Below, one piece after another: positions 54,101-64,000 of a stretch of DNA of 64,000 bases (positions are counted from its first letter, which is position 1; every line of letters begins with the position of its first letter). A program made the translations under genes and the position numbers. The notes beneath the pieces were generated by a model. The model was not told the origin of the DNA. It saw only the letters and a program-made list of their open reading frames with translations, and did no database searches. This DNA comes from Octopus bimaculoides (lineage: Eukaryota). The stretch spans positions 192,171,248 to 192,235,247 of the forward strand of contig NC_068982.1 in assembly GCF_001194135.2 (NCBI RefSeq), given 5' to 3'.

Positions 54101-57100
54101 AGATTTTTTTATCATTTATCACATGCCATATAAATGATAAATATAATAATTCTTCTTTTTCTCTTACAGCCTAGCTCTACCTTTTTCCAACTCTCATATC
54201 TAGTCTTTCCTCAACTACAACACTGATTCCTTTTGAATAACATAAAGGGGAGATAAATCTTACCCTGAATAACAAAGAGTAGTCTTCCCCAGGCAAGAAT
54301 TGAATTCAAGAAGAGACTACATCACCCGCAACGGAACTTAGAAATAGCAGCCAAATTCCCTTTGAATGACACCCAACCATCTTGAAAAGAGAGAATTACA
54401 TTGGATAACTCAGTCCTAGGTACACAAGGCCAAAGAAAAGGATTGGGTAGTTTTGGTTGTGGGTCTGCTGCACAGTCAGAGCAGAGCTGACCTGGGGTTA
54501 AATAACAACTTTTTCTTGGATTTGATCTTTAAGTGTGAAATACCTTAATCACAGACAATACTGTCCACTCAGCTAGCTGTATGGTATCCACTGTTGATCA
54601 AATAAACTGAGCCAGAGTTTGGTATCTTTCTTACAGGCAACTGACAACATATTAATTACTGATATGTCATTTACATGTTCATCTGTGATTATATTTTTTA
54701 TTAATTAGTGTGTTTGTAAATTAATATCTTTTTATCAATATCGGGCATCATCAGACTGCAACTATGTCGTTTATAGAACAATTTATTACATCACCCCCCN
54801 NNNNNNNNNCACACACACACATGCACACCACCACCACCACCACCAGGACTTAGTTTATTGATCTTGGGAGGATGACAAGCAATTTCAGTTTGGTTAGGAT
54901 TTGAACCCCTGAACACAGTGGGCTGCACCAAAAAATGTTTTTCCAACATGCAACAAATTGAGTCACTTATCCGTCATACACTGATAATAATGATGATGAT
55001 GACAATTATGAGATTAATGATGGTGGTGGCAGTGGTGGTGTCGATGGTGATGATATTTATTCTTATGATTTCTTTAAATGTCTTCTATTAACACAGGTAG
55101 AATTGTCAGTTGTAAGTGATGGCTATGTGCGTTTTGGGAACGTTGTTCAAATAAAGAACTTGGGTGATCCATCTCGGATTTATTTTGGAAGACCTCGAGT
55201 GGACTGTGTATTGTCTGCCAATTGTGATACTGACTTGGTATTCAATGGAGGTTTGTTAGTCCCTCCTTGTAAAATCACAGGTTCAAGACAGGCTTCTCCT
55301 TGTTTGAGAAACAGTTTTATAATAACCAGGTAAGTTTTCCAAAGGATTTTGTTGTTTCAGTTCTACATATCCGGCCCTTTATGTTGATGGTCATCATTTT
55401 CGTAGGGTACCGGTCCATTCATTATTATTATTATTATTGAGTGAGAGAGCAGTGCATGTCATCAACATAAACAGTGCGTGACCTTGCAGATGGGGCCCAG
55501 TTAGTATTTTCTTCAGATCGAGTAGTCCATCCTACTCAAAAGGTCCCTGAATAAGGTTTGTTTAAGGATGTTGAATAAAACACCCATGTTTCCAGAGGTG
55601 AATTATTCAAACCCCAAAGAACTCCTCTCAGCACATGGCTATGATGCTCCCCCACTACTTCTGCTCATGATCAGAGATGCACATATTGTCAGCCACTAAG
55701 GGACATGCTCAACTGGTTAAGGTCAAACAACTGACAAGCAAATCTGTGGTATTGAGCAGAATATTTGCTGTAGCCCATCTTTTATACCAACACAAAACAA
55801 TGTACATGATAACACTTCCAATCAATTAAGATCAGAAGCCATGAAAGCCACTGCCTGGTACTGCATCAGTATTATTATTATAATTATTATTATTTGACCT
55901 ACAATCACAGTGGTTCTGCAAAATCCATCCCTGGACCCAAATTACATTCACACATCCATCACAAGTAGATGCAGCTTCTTACTGTTTCGTTTTTTTTTTC
56001 TATTACTCTTTTTAGGTCCTCTCCTTCAAACACTCGTATGTTGAATCCGACGGGAGCGACCATCATCATCATCATCATTATTATTGGTGGTGGTGGTGGT
56101 GGTGGTGGTCATTATTATTATAGAGTTGATAAAGAGTAATTTAAAGGATAATAAGCCACTATTTCTAGCCAGTCACCTAATTGCATAGAAGTTCCCTGTA
56201 TTTAATTGCGTATATTTACCTGAATATACATTTATATTTACCTGAATATATATATTTACCTGAATATATATATTTACCTGAATATACATTTATATTTACC
56301 TGAATATATATATTTACCTGAATATACACAGAGCAAAACACCATTTATTGTGGTGATTCAGTGGTAGATTCTTAAATGAGAAAAAATTATGTCAGAAAGT
56401 TTTGGGGGTTCAAGTAGCAGCTCAGTTGATCTCGCTTTGCCATTATATATAAGTGGAGGGGGGGGGGGCCCATGTTCCCCAGTGGTACAGTGATATTAAC
56501 CTTTTACTCTAGCAAACCTAGTAAAACTAGACTGAGGTTTCAAATCAAACCTGTTGGAATTCATTTAATGCAATTCATTTTCATTCAGTTATTAAATTCT
56601 TCACTTTTCTTTCTCCCTGTAACCATTCTATTCTTTTTCCTTTCTCCCATAAAATAATTATTTTGTTTATCTCAAGTAATGTAAACAAAATGTAATCTTT
56701 TGAAACCAAATTTTTAGTGGCAATGAAAGTGATGATGGTCAGCTGCTACACTATAACCAAACATTTTATCTCAGAATTCCAGACCAAATCGGTGGACACG
56801 TGAGTTTTATACAGTCTTTTTGTCTTTTACTTGTTTCAGTCATTAAAATGCAGCCATGCTGGAGCACTGCCTTGAAGGATTTTAGCCAAACAAATTGACT
56901 CCAGTATTTAATTTCTTTAAGCCTGATATTCTATCAGTCTCTTTTGCTGAACTGCAATGTTACAGTGACATAAACACACCAACACCGGTTGTCAAGTACT
57001 GGTGGGGACAGACACAAACACACACACATGCACACACACACACACACATGCACACACACACACACACACACACACATACAGCAAGCTTCTTTCAGATTCC

Positions 57101-57245
57101 ATCTATCAAATCTATTCTCAATGCTTTGGTTGGCCCAAGGCTATAGTAAAATACACTTGCCCAAGGTTCCACACAGTGGGACTGAACCCAGAACCATGTG
57201 GTTGAGAAACAAACTTCTTACCACACAGTCATGCCCGTGCCAGTG

Positions 57246-57279
<34 letters not shown>

Positions 57280-57699
57280 GTCTTAAATCTTTCTCCATTC
57301 TGTGAGTATATCTTATTAAGGCTGAATTTAACATTTCTTTTTTTTTTTTTTCTGAAATCATTCCAGTTGGTACCAGTAAGTGATTAGAATTAATCAAATT
57401 GCCAATGCTCCATTGTACTCTTGTGGAAAATAACGAGTATTTTATGATGTTGTTATTGCTAAATGTTGGCTTCAACTTGTCCTGTTTATTATATTTAGCT
57501 GTATTTACAAAGTGACCGATTTGATTTCTCCAAATGTTCCCTACGTGCCCGCCACCAACAAGTCTTCCTCAGTGATCAAACAATGTATTTGGCCAAGTGG
57601 CGAGTTCTTTATTTCAACCAATTACTCAGACTTGAACATGACTACCATCCTGTTTGTGTAAGTAGCAATTATACTTTCATCATCATTCGTGAAAAAGAG

Positions 57700-57747
<48 letters not shown>

Positions 57748-58971
57748 GTAGATGTATATATCTGCATCTCTGTGTGTATACATGTATCATTATCATCGTT
57801 GTCATCATCATTTAGCATCTGCTTTCCATGCTGGCATGAGTTAGACGGTTTGACTGGAACTGAGAAAGTTGCACCGGGTTCCAGTCTAATTTTGGCAGAG
57901 TTTCTACAGCTGGAAGCCCTTCCTAATGCCAACCACTCTGAGAGTGTAGAGGATGTCTTTCACGTGTCACCAACAGGTGTACTTCTATGTGTCACCGGCA
58001 TGGGTGCTCAAATGTGTCACTGGTGCTTTTATGTGTCATAATTATATGAAGAGTAATTAAAACAATTATTCACCCTTCTATTAATTAAAAATCCTTTTAA
58101 TTAACACGACATAGTCAAAGACAGGATGGCCACAGCTAGAATACCTTTAATCAAGCTCTGAATACCTTTAATCAATCTCTGCTTGATCAAGGATGACACC
58201 TCAGGTTAAATGACAACAACCTATGTCAGGTCACTAATGTCATTGGGAAAAGGCATGACAGCCTCGACTTCCATTTGTTCCTTAAGCTTCCAGCTCACCT
58301 AAAATTGCAAAGAGTACCCAAGCAGGGTACCTTTCAAGAAGGAGATACACGGTCAGTTCTTCATTATACACTGAACATCCTTTTCTGCCCCTTTAGGGAC
58401 GGATGAGGGGTAGTTACAGTCCTTTATTTCCTTTTAGGGTCTCCAAGACTGATGAGTAAATAGTGAAGTTGATATAGGAGTGGCTGTGTGGTAAGTAGCT
58501 TGCTTACCAACCACATGGTTCTGGGTTCAGTCCCACTGTGTGGCACCTTGGTCAAGTGTCTTCTACTATAGCCTCGGGCCGACCAAAGCCTTGTGATTNN
58601 NNNNNNNNAGTCCCACTGTGTGGCACCTTGGTCAAGTGTCTTCTACTATAGCCTCGGGCCGACCAAAGCCTTGTGATTGGATTTGGTAGACGGAAACTGA
58701 AAGAAGCCCGTCGAATATATGTATATATATGTATGTATGTGTCTGTGTTTGTCCCCCCCAGCATCGTTTGACAACCGATGCTGGGGTGTTTACGGGGGTC
58801 AATGCTCCAGCATGGCCACAGTCAAATGACTGAAACAAGTAAAAGAGTAAAAGAGTATAATTATGGATGGATGGGTGGATAGATGACTGGATGGATCAGA
58901 GTTGTACTACTCACTGCGACCTGGCTAACATAACTCTTTCATAATCTCTAAATATGTATATAGTCATCATT

Positions 58972-59011
<40 letters not shown>

Positions 59012-59828
59012 CCATCACCATCATCATCATTATCATCATCATTATCACCATCATATATGTTGAGAGAGATTGGAAGTTTGTGCTCCAGCCAGTAATTTAA
59101 TGAAAAGAAAGAAAGCCGATTCACATGTGTTGATATGAAAGTGAATTGAGTGTGAAGAATGTCAAAGAGCCTTCCTTTTAACACCAGTTTTGAGGTTTTA
59201 TATTCTTTCACTCAGATGATGATGATGATATCCACAAGTCATGGGTACCAAAACCCCTGACAATCCCTTCCCTTCCATACACACACACACTCGGTCTCAG
59301 TCACTCGTACAATTATTTGTAGATGTTATAAATGTATATTTTCTGGGAGAAGTCTTTTATGTTCCAACGTACAAATGGTTCCATATGGTAGAGAGATGAG
59401 TCAAAGAGTTTGTTCTCTCACTATCTTGATTTCTAACCATGCCAGGGAATGCATTGATTATAAACTTGTAGGGTGGATAAAGTAGATAACAATATATTGA
59501 GAGAGATACAGGTGTATCCAATGTTCTGACAGTGTGTAGTGACTCATGGAGATTATTTTCAATTCAAATTTATTGACGATATACCGAGACACATGAGCCA
59601 CTGGATAAGATGCCAGTCTATCTGGCAAATAACTCACATACACTGTTCTGATGCACACACACACACATTCATAGGCACAAGTGTGGCTATTTGGCGAGAA
59701 GCTTACTTTCATATTACATGGCTCTTGGTTCAGTCCTACCACATGACACCTCACTTGAGTCTCTTCTACCATATCCCAGGCCAATCAATGCCTTATGAGT
59801 GGATTTGGTTGATGAAGGAAGCTTATCA

Positions 59829-59863
<35 letters not shown>

Positions 59864-62578
59864 TAAAGTGATTGTCACTGTTATACAAGCAGTATCATTC
59901 ATTTCTAATATTCTGCACAAACATGTCGAGTCATGGGGAAATATTACTTTGGTTGGAAAACAGGTAAGGGTTGGTGACAGGAAGAAAGAGCATCCAGCTA
60001 TAGAAAATCTGCCTCATTAAACTCCAGCTGACCCATAAGGGGTTTACAAAGATGGACATTGTCTTTAGGATAGAGACAGAAGTCTATTGGAGTGATCTAT
60101 TATCATCATCTTCATCGTCGTTATTTTCACATGTACTTTTCCGTGCTTGATTGAGTCTAAAAGAATTCATTGAGGCAGATCCTCTGTGGTTGGATACCCT
60201 TCCTACTGCCAACTTCCATGTGTTCCAATCCTCCGGACATCGACAGCAAACAATGACTAGACATATTCTCATGGAAGATCACAGATAAATGTCACCAATT
60301 GTATGCCAGTGATGTTTGTTAACAACCATCATCTGATGTCAAGACAAGGGGACACACATACACACACACACACACACTGAATACCTCTTTTTAGTTTCTG
60401 TCTACCAAATTCACTGACAAGGCTTTGGTCAGCCAAGTTTATAGTAGAAGACACTTGCCCTATGTACAACCATTTAACTACGAGACAAACTAAAATCCAT
60501 CAATTTAATTAGTTTCCACAGAACCCAAACAATAGGTTTTCAGGAGAGAGGAACTTATGCCTAAGAGTTGATAATCCAATATCTTCTCTATTTGACCATT
60601 TCATATCTAGTTGTTGTTGTTGTTGTTGTTGTTTTGCCCCAGATCAGCTTAACCAAGCAGACTAATGATCAAAGGCATTCCAACCTTGACGTTTCCATCA
60701 GACTTTCTATCTAGGATTATCCAATGTTTCCTTTGTTTTTTTTTACATTGTAGCATGTGATTTGAGGGAAGATTCAGCAGCTATTTCTAGCAGGTTGAGT
60801 TAACCTGATTAGTCAATAGAGAAATATGGGGTGATAGAGTTGAGTCTGTTTCTATTTTCATGAAACTGTTTTCTTAACGAAATAATCAATATTTCTTTGT
60901 CATCGTTAACAACAGCTGTAAGAATAAATCAAAGCCGACAAAAGAAAAGGGAAAAAATAAATATTAAACTTTTAAACTTTTATATTTTACTGACAAAGAG
61001 TGAAGGTAGAGGTGGATTTTGAATTGTGTTTAGCAGTCACTTACCTTCAATGTATAGCTTCTTTGAGCATCGGCACACTAAAATTTCCCCACCTAGCAGC
61101 TAAATTGGTAGAAGCCCACAAGATTCCCCACCATCTTTCCAACAACGGCTTTGGCTACTTTTGTATTCAACACTTCTACCACCCATGTTTATAAAAACAG
61201 GAAACAAAGCAGCATCCATGACTTTCAGAAACATTTTTCAAGCTCAAAATTGTTGAAACATGGAATACTCCTTGTGTTGGTTTTTTACTGTCAGGACATT
61301 GTATCCTTCAAAAATTCCATGTTTCCTGAAATTCACCTGCACAGTCCACACATGGCACCCTTTCCTCTTCATGACTCCTTTACTGTCATTTTTCTNNNNN
61401 NNNNNTTATATCTTATTTTGTCTACTCTTGATGTTCTTCTAATTCTCATTGCTGTCTTTCTTTACTTATATGTCTACTTTATACCTCCTCTTTTACATTT
61501 TCCAGCAAGTTGAAATGTACCTGAACACTGTGTATAATAAGCTTGTCGTCATCGTTGTTGTTGTTGTTGTTGTTGTTGCCGCCACTGCTATCATCATCAT
61601 CATCATCATTGTCATCATCATTATTAAGGCAGCAGGCTGGCAGAATCGTTAGCACACCAGGAAACATGTTTAATAGCATTTCATCCATCTTTACATTCTC
61701 AGTTCAAATTCTTCTGAGGTCAACTTTATCTTTCGTCTTTTGGGGGTTAGTAAAATAAGTACCAGTTGAGTACTGGGGGTCGATGTAATCTACTTACCCC
61801 TTCCCCAAAAATTTCTGGCCTTATACCAATATTTAGTCTTCTGAGCAGATTGATGATAATCTTCTTCTTAGCTATTCTTTATTTATTTATTTATTTTAAT
61901 TTCTGGGAAACCAACTTTTCTGTGAAAATCATAAAAGAGAGAACAAGGCCCTGGCCTCTTCTCTTAATGTTTCTCACTTCAAGAGACACTTGTTTCCAGA
62001 TCAACTTCAAAAGTAACATTTTAATTCTACCACTTATTAAACAATTCCAAATCGTCAGCACATGACGAACAATGCTAATTGGTTTCTTTATAGAAAATTA
62101 TTTTTTGTTGTTTGCTATCTGACATCCAACATAACAGCAATCGATATCAATGGTAAATTGAGGTCTGATGACAATACAAATGAATATATACACACGTGCA
62201 TGCATGCACAGAGGTTTCTTTCAGTTTCTGTCTACCAAATCCACTCACAAGGCTTTGGAAGGTCTCTTGTGGGCTCTGCCCCTTCCTCCACACTCAGCAA
62301 TCAATTCTAATCAAAGAATTATTATTGCTTTGTCTACTTATGGTAGAGTTTATCATCAGTACATGTATCTATATATGGTAATGTGTGTGTGTGTGTGTGT
62401 TTGTGAGTGCGTCTGTGCACATGAAAAAGTGTGTAAGTGTGTGTGCATATGGCAATGTGCATGTATGTGTGTATTAACTTCAGTTTTTTTTTCTGTTGAA
62501 GGCAAACAAAACAGTGATCCTTAACCATGTCTACACAAATCAGAACCTCAATGTTGAAGACACTTCTCGTTTGCTCAG
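43597..62578 (+). CDS. CFAP161: Cilia- and flagella-associated protein 161, 3'-partial spliced CDS join(43597-43668, 49561-49650, 55097-55329, 56718-56799, 57499-57657, 62502-62578); last exon outside window
   Basis: Six exons join in frame with GT-AG sites (phases 0,0,2,0,0,2). Each matches the recalled vertebrate CFAP161/C15orf26 sequence in order: VY.P.VR.GNW.EDV.LEE, DFL.K, LSV..DGY...G..V, RN.FII, GQ.L.Y.Q.F.L, LYL.SD, Q.V.L, LRLE, AN..I..NH..TN. Confidence 0.9.
44450..44710 (-). mobile_element. tRNA-derived SINE, family D
   Basis: Minus-strand head TGGCTAAGTGG...GAGTTCAATTCC and core GTTGTGTCCCTGAGCAA. Confidence 0.6.
44730..45040 (+). mobile_element. Old RTE/BovB-like ORF2 C-terminal remnant
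   Basis: TSSIE...GHVVHM...N.LKA.FK..NI pattern. Confidence 0.45.
45796..45871 (+). mobile_element. 76-bp 5'-truncated retroposon 3' end with perfect 16-bp TSD
   Basis: AGAAATGGAAGAGTGA at 45780-45795 and 45872-45887; the insert ends CAATAAAGAAATA. Confidence 0.85.
46061..46889 (+). mobile_element. maT/DD37D Tc1-mariner element with both TIRs, internally deleted
   Basis: TA|CAGGGTGCGATGGGTAAATTGTC...GACAATTTATTCACCCCACCCTG|TA; KHPVNIMVFGVITS, QDSAPRHTS...WPANSPDCNPL(D>G)YY with 37 residues between the catalytic Asp positions. Confidence 0.92.
46910..47490 (+). mobile_element. RTE-tail short element followed by RTE ORF2 3' fragment
   Basis: GGGCATCCAGCTGTAAAAACC tail; then YGSETWAL, MYVNEDSCIKKCWSLKMDGTGRRGRPRKTWDEVVK. 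Confidence 0.8.
48365..48830 (-). mobile_element. RTE RT fragment
   Basis: GVDEWLMR..QAMY, RISHEFNDEVFSVKLGIYQGSVLS. Confidence 0.7.
48950..49330 (-). mobile_element. Penelope-like element pLTR remnant with hammerhead-like core
   Basis: Minus strand CTGAAGA-A-GGAAT-TGT-ATTCC-GAAATATC at 49056-49028 in AT-rich flanks; no intact RT. Confidence 0.5.
49561..49650 (+). CDS. CFAP161: CFAP161 coding exon 2 (90 nt)
   Basis: Acceptor tatttttcag|; ETIKDFLHKKSQNELLMQKTAFVKEKLLQP; weak donor CCA|gtaaaa. Confidence 0.85.
49707..49790. repeat. (GGT)n/(GCA)n trinucleotide tract downstream of CFAP161 exon 2
   Basis: Read directly from the sequence. Confidence 0.9.
50900..52440 (-). mobile_element. RTE LINE ORF2 remnant (linker and RT core), longest copy in the window
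   Basis: GDALDRSNYRGIK, STTDAIF, FVDLEKA, IDEWLVKA, VGVHQ, PWELLYA(D>T)DLAL, ESKGLKVNLAK. Confidence 0.88.
52492..53360. mobile_element. Fold-back mariner derivative made of two 5' ends (about 210-bp inverted arms)
   Basis: TA|CGAGGTCTGATCAATAAGTATCC...GGATATTATTGATCGGACCACG|TA; interior LQKMYGEECM...LGMRHVSVKFVPKLLS; the right arm encodes MTEKVGQRNCIKFCQKLGN on the minus strand. Confidence 0.9.
53440..53935 (-). mobile_element. RTE 3' UTR/tail plus SINE family C fragment
   Basis: (CAT)n-TTTAACGTCCGTTTTCCATGCTGGCATGGG; ACTGGTACTTATTTTATCAACCCTGAAAGGATGAAAGGC. Confidence 0.75.
55097..55329 (+). CDS. CFAP161: CFAP161 coding exon 3 (233 nt)
   Basis: Acceptor acacag|; VELSVVSDGYVRFGNVVQIKNLGDPSR...SPCLRNSFIIT; donor AG|gtaagt. 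Confidence 0.9.
55437..55869 (-). mobile_element. Unclassified retroposon-like interspersed repeat flanked by (ATT)n tracts
   Basis: About 430-bp moderate-GC island bounded by (ATT)n; no ORF; class not determined. Confidence 0.4.
56211..56330. repeat. Minisatellite of 18/22-bp units, core TATTTACCTGAATATA, 6 copies
   Basis: TTTACCTGAA starts at 56215, 56237, 56255, 56273, 56295 and 56313. Confidence 0.95.
56718..56799 (+). CDS. CFAP161: CFAP161 coding exon 4 (82 nt)
   Basis: Acceptor tttttag|; (S)GNESDDGQLLHYNQTFYLRIPDQIGGH; donor CAC|gtgagt. Phases fit both neighbours. Confidence 0.88.
56815..57240 (-). mobile_element. tRNA-derived SINE, family A
   Basis: Reverse complement of the 27556 copy, beginning just after CFAP161 exon 4. 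Confidence 0.85.
57499..57657 (+). CDS. CFAP161: CFAP161 coding exon 5 (159 nt)
   Basis: Acceptor atatttag|; LYLQSDRFDFSKCSLRARHQQVFLSDQTMYLAKWRVLYFNQLLRLEHDYHPVC; donor TGT|gtaagt. Confidence 0.9.
57785..58035 (-). mobile_element. RTE 3' UTR/tail fragment
   Basis: CATCATTTAGCATCTGCTTTCCATGCTGGCATG...GCCCTTCCTAATGCCAACCACTCTGAGAG. Confidence 0.8.
58484..58858 (+). mobile_element. Young tRNA-derived SINE, family A (internally deleted; spans an assembly join)
   Basis: Near-identical to the 27556 copy; (AAAGAGTA)n tail. Confidence 0.88.
58964..59054. repeat. (CAT)n/(CAC)n microsatellite
   Basis: Read directly from the sequence. Confidence 0.95.
59668..60065 (+). mobile_element. tRNA-derived SINE, family B
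   Basis: Same mosaic as the 31245 copy. Confidence 0.7.
60110..60460 (-). mobile_element. tRNA-derived SINE, family B (inverted relative to the 59668 copy)
   Basis: TTTCTGTCTACCAAATTCACT.ACAAGGCTTTGGTC...AGAAGACACTTGCCC; GAGGCAGAT. Confidence 0.65.
61628..61835 (+). mobile_element. tRNA-derived SINE, family C
   Basis: GGCAGCAGGCTGGCAGAATCGTTAGC head, AGTTCAAATTC B-box-like motif, AAAATAAGTACCAGTTGAGTACTGGGGGTCGATGTAATC. Confidence 0.75.
62502..62578 (+). CDS. CFAP161: CFAP161 coding exon 6 (77 nt)
   Basis: Acceptor ttttttttctgttgaag|; ANKTVILNHVYTNQNLNVEDTSRLL; donor AG|gtaatt. Confidence 0.87.
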
Positions 62579-62689
62579 GTAATTACAGCTTTCTTAATTC
62601 CATTCCCGCTTCTTTCCTCACTCATTCACTCCTTGCTCCTCTCACTGCTACACGTCCAGATCAAATTTATCAATCAGCAATCCAAACAG

Positions 62690-63425
62690 ACAGTAACATG
62701 GTAGATAAAGTCATGAAGGATATGGAAATGGGGAAATCAAATCAGGAATCACTGCTGAGATGCTTAAGATATCTGGCAGAGTGGGTTAAGCTCTAATCAC
62801 CTGTATAGTTAATCTGGATAGGCTGTTACCTTTGTTGGTAACAAACGGCCTCTCCCTCAGAGTGAAAAGCAAATTGTTTGATGCCTGTGTACAAACAGCC
62901 ATGCTACATGGCAGTGAAATGCAGGCTGTGATCGCAGAGGACATGTGAAGGCTTGAAGGAAATGAAGCCAGTNNNNNNNNNNACATGTGAAGGCTTGAAG
63001 GAAATGAAGCCAGTATGCTCCGCTGGATGTGTAATGTCAGTGTGCATACAGGACAGAGTGTAAGCACCCTGAGAGACAAACTGGCCATAAGAGGCATCAG
63101 ATGTGGTGCACAAGAGAGACAACTGCGCTAGTGGGGTCATGTGATGCATATGGATGAGGACAGCTGTGTAAAGAAGTGCCGATCTCTAATTGTGGAGGGA
63201 ACCTATGGAAGAGGTTAACCCAGGAAGACATGGGACGAGGTGTTGAAGATTACACCCACTACACTCTTGGAATGGTTGGCATTAGGAAGGGCATCAAACC
63301 ATAGAAACTAAGCCAAATCAAACTTGAACCTGGTGTAGCTCTCCGGCTTACCAGTTCCAGTCAAACTGTCTAACCCATGCCAGCATGGAAAATGGACATT
63401 AAATGTTGATGATGATGATGATGAT
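62690..63425 (+). mobile_element. RTE LINE fragment with internal deletion and (GAT)n tail
   Basis: DKVMKDMEMGK...EMLKISG joined to LLVTNGLSLRVKSKLFDACVQTAMLHGSE, GHVMHMDEDSCVKKC. Confidence 0.88.
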
Positions 63426-64000
63426 GATGATGATATATGTATATCATCATCATAATCTTCATCATCATTTTAAGACCCACTTTTCCAGAAAATATGTGAC
63501 ACCCAATCAATGGTCTTGCAACAAGCAAAGTAGCTAATTAGAAAATCTCTAATTAGAGATGAAAGCAGTAACTATAGTGAGAAGTAATGATGTTTATCAG
63601 CATTTCAACATGGCTGTTCCATAGCATGGCTTTCGTCTCTTATTTTCTGTATATTGTGAACTGGAACGAACTCCTGCTGTCTGAAGCGGGGTGAGTATCC
63701 TCCACCAAGGACAAGCACAAAGAGCTCAAAACCATACAGTCTTGTGGTCCCATCTTTGGAAGGTGGTAAGGGTTCACGCCCCTGCTTGCAATATATATAT
63801 CTGCATAATATATGGGTGCATATAATGTGTATTAGCAGCATGTGAGTCTTACATGTATGTCTCTACATGTAATGCATTGTTGATGTACGCACATGATTTA
63901 GGAGTATATGCTATCTTTGTATGCATGGCTACATCTGCATCACCAAAGACTAATTGTTGCCTTAATAGTAGTATTAAAAACTTCTAATTTACTTGTCCAT

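Noticed and set aside
54720-54765. Second CTGATGA hammerhead-like start on the minus strand
   Set aside because: No closing stem II or GAAA follows.
55097-55100. Tandem acceptor cag|GTAG at CFAP161 exon 3
   Set aside because: The second AG would frameshift, and nothing in the sequence shows it is used.
56211-56330. Short repeats with variable spacing, considered as a CRISPR-like array
   Set aside because: No unique spacers, no cas genes, eukaryotic intron; it is a minisatellite.
57658-58041. 152-aa ORF 57583-58041
   Set aside because: Only the first part is CFAP161 exon 5; the rest is (CA)n and an RTE tail.
58529-58678. Exact 70-bp direct repeat around 10 N
   Set aside because: Unmerged contig overlap, not a biological duplication; the same applies to the 32-bp repeat at 62941-63014.
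62579-64000. Final CFAP161 exon
   Set aside because: No segment resembling the expected C-terminal exon was found; presumed downstream of the window.

Overview
AT-rich, microsatellite- and transposon-dense animal genomic DNA. The RTE/SINE/mariner repeat complement suggests a coleoid cephalopod, probably Octopus (inference). The assembly is draft quality, with N gaps at 10236-11005 and 41807-42042 and four 10-N joins. Two spliced protein-coding genes lie head-to-head with ATGs only 772 bp apart. GOLPH3 (minus strand) is complete: 3 coding exons, 42825-42622 / 5617-5371 / 905-481, 291 aa, with a 37-kb first intron. CFAP161 (plus strand) has 6 coding exons at 43597-62578 and its last exon lies beyond the window. 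The shared promoter has housekeeping motifs on the GOLPH3 side and an RFX X-box 61 bp before the CFAP161 ATG. Introns are filled with decayed RTE LINEs, tRNA-derived SINEs, mariner/maT/pogo DNA transposons, piggyBac and hAT MITEs, a Helitron, a Gypsy remnant and Penelope-like pieces. No rRNA, true tRNA or CRISPR array was found, and no wholly new multi-gene system is supported. The best leads are the bidirectional promoter and X-box, a fold-back mariner, a PHD finger inside RTE ORF2, a Penelope-type hammerhead core, inverted repeats around the fused GOLPH3 exon, and a very recent 76-bp insertion with a perfect 16-bp TSD. All gene and family assignments are from recalled protein motifs, not database searches.
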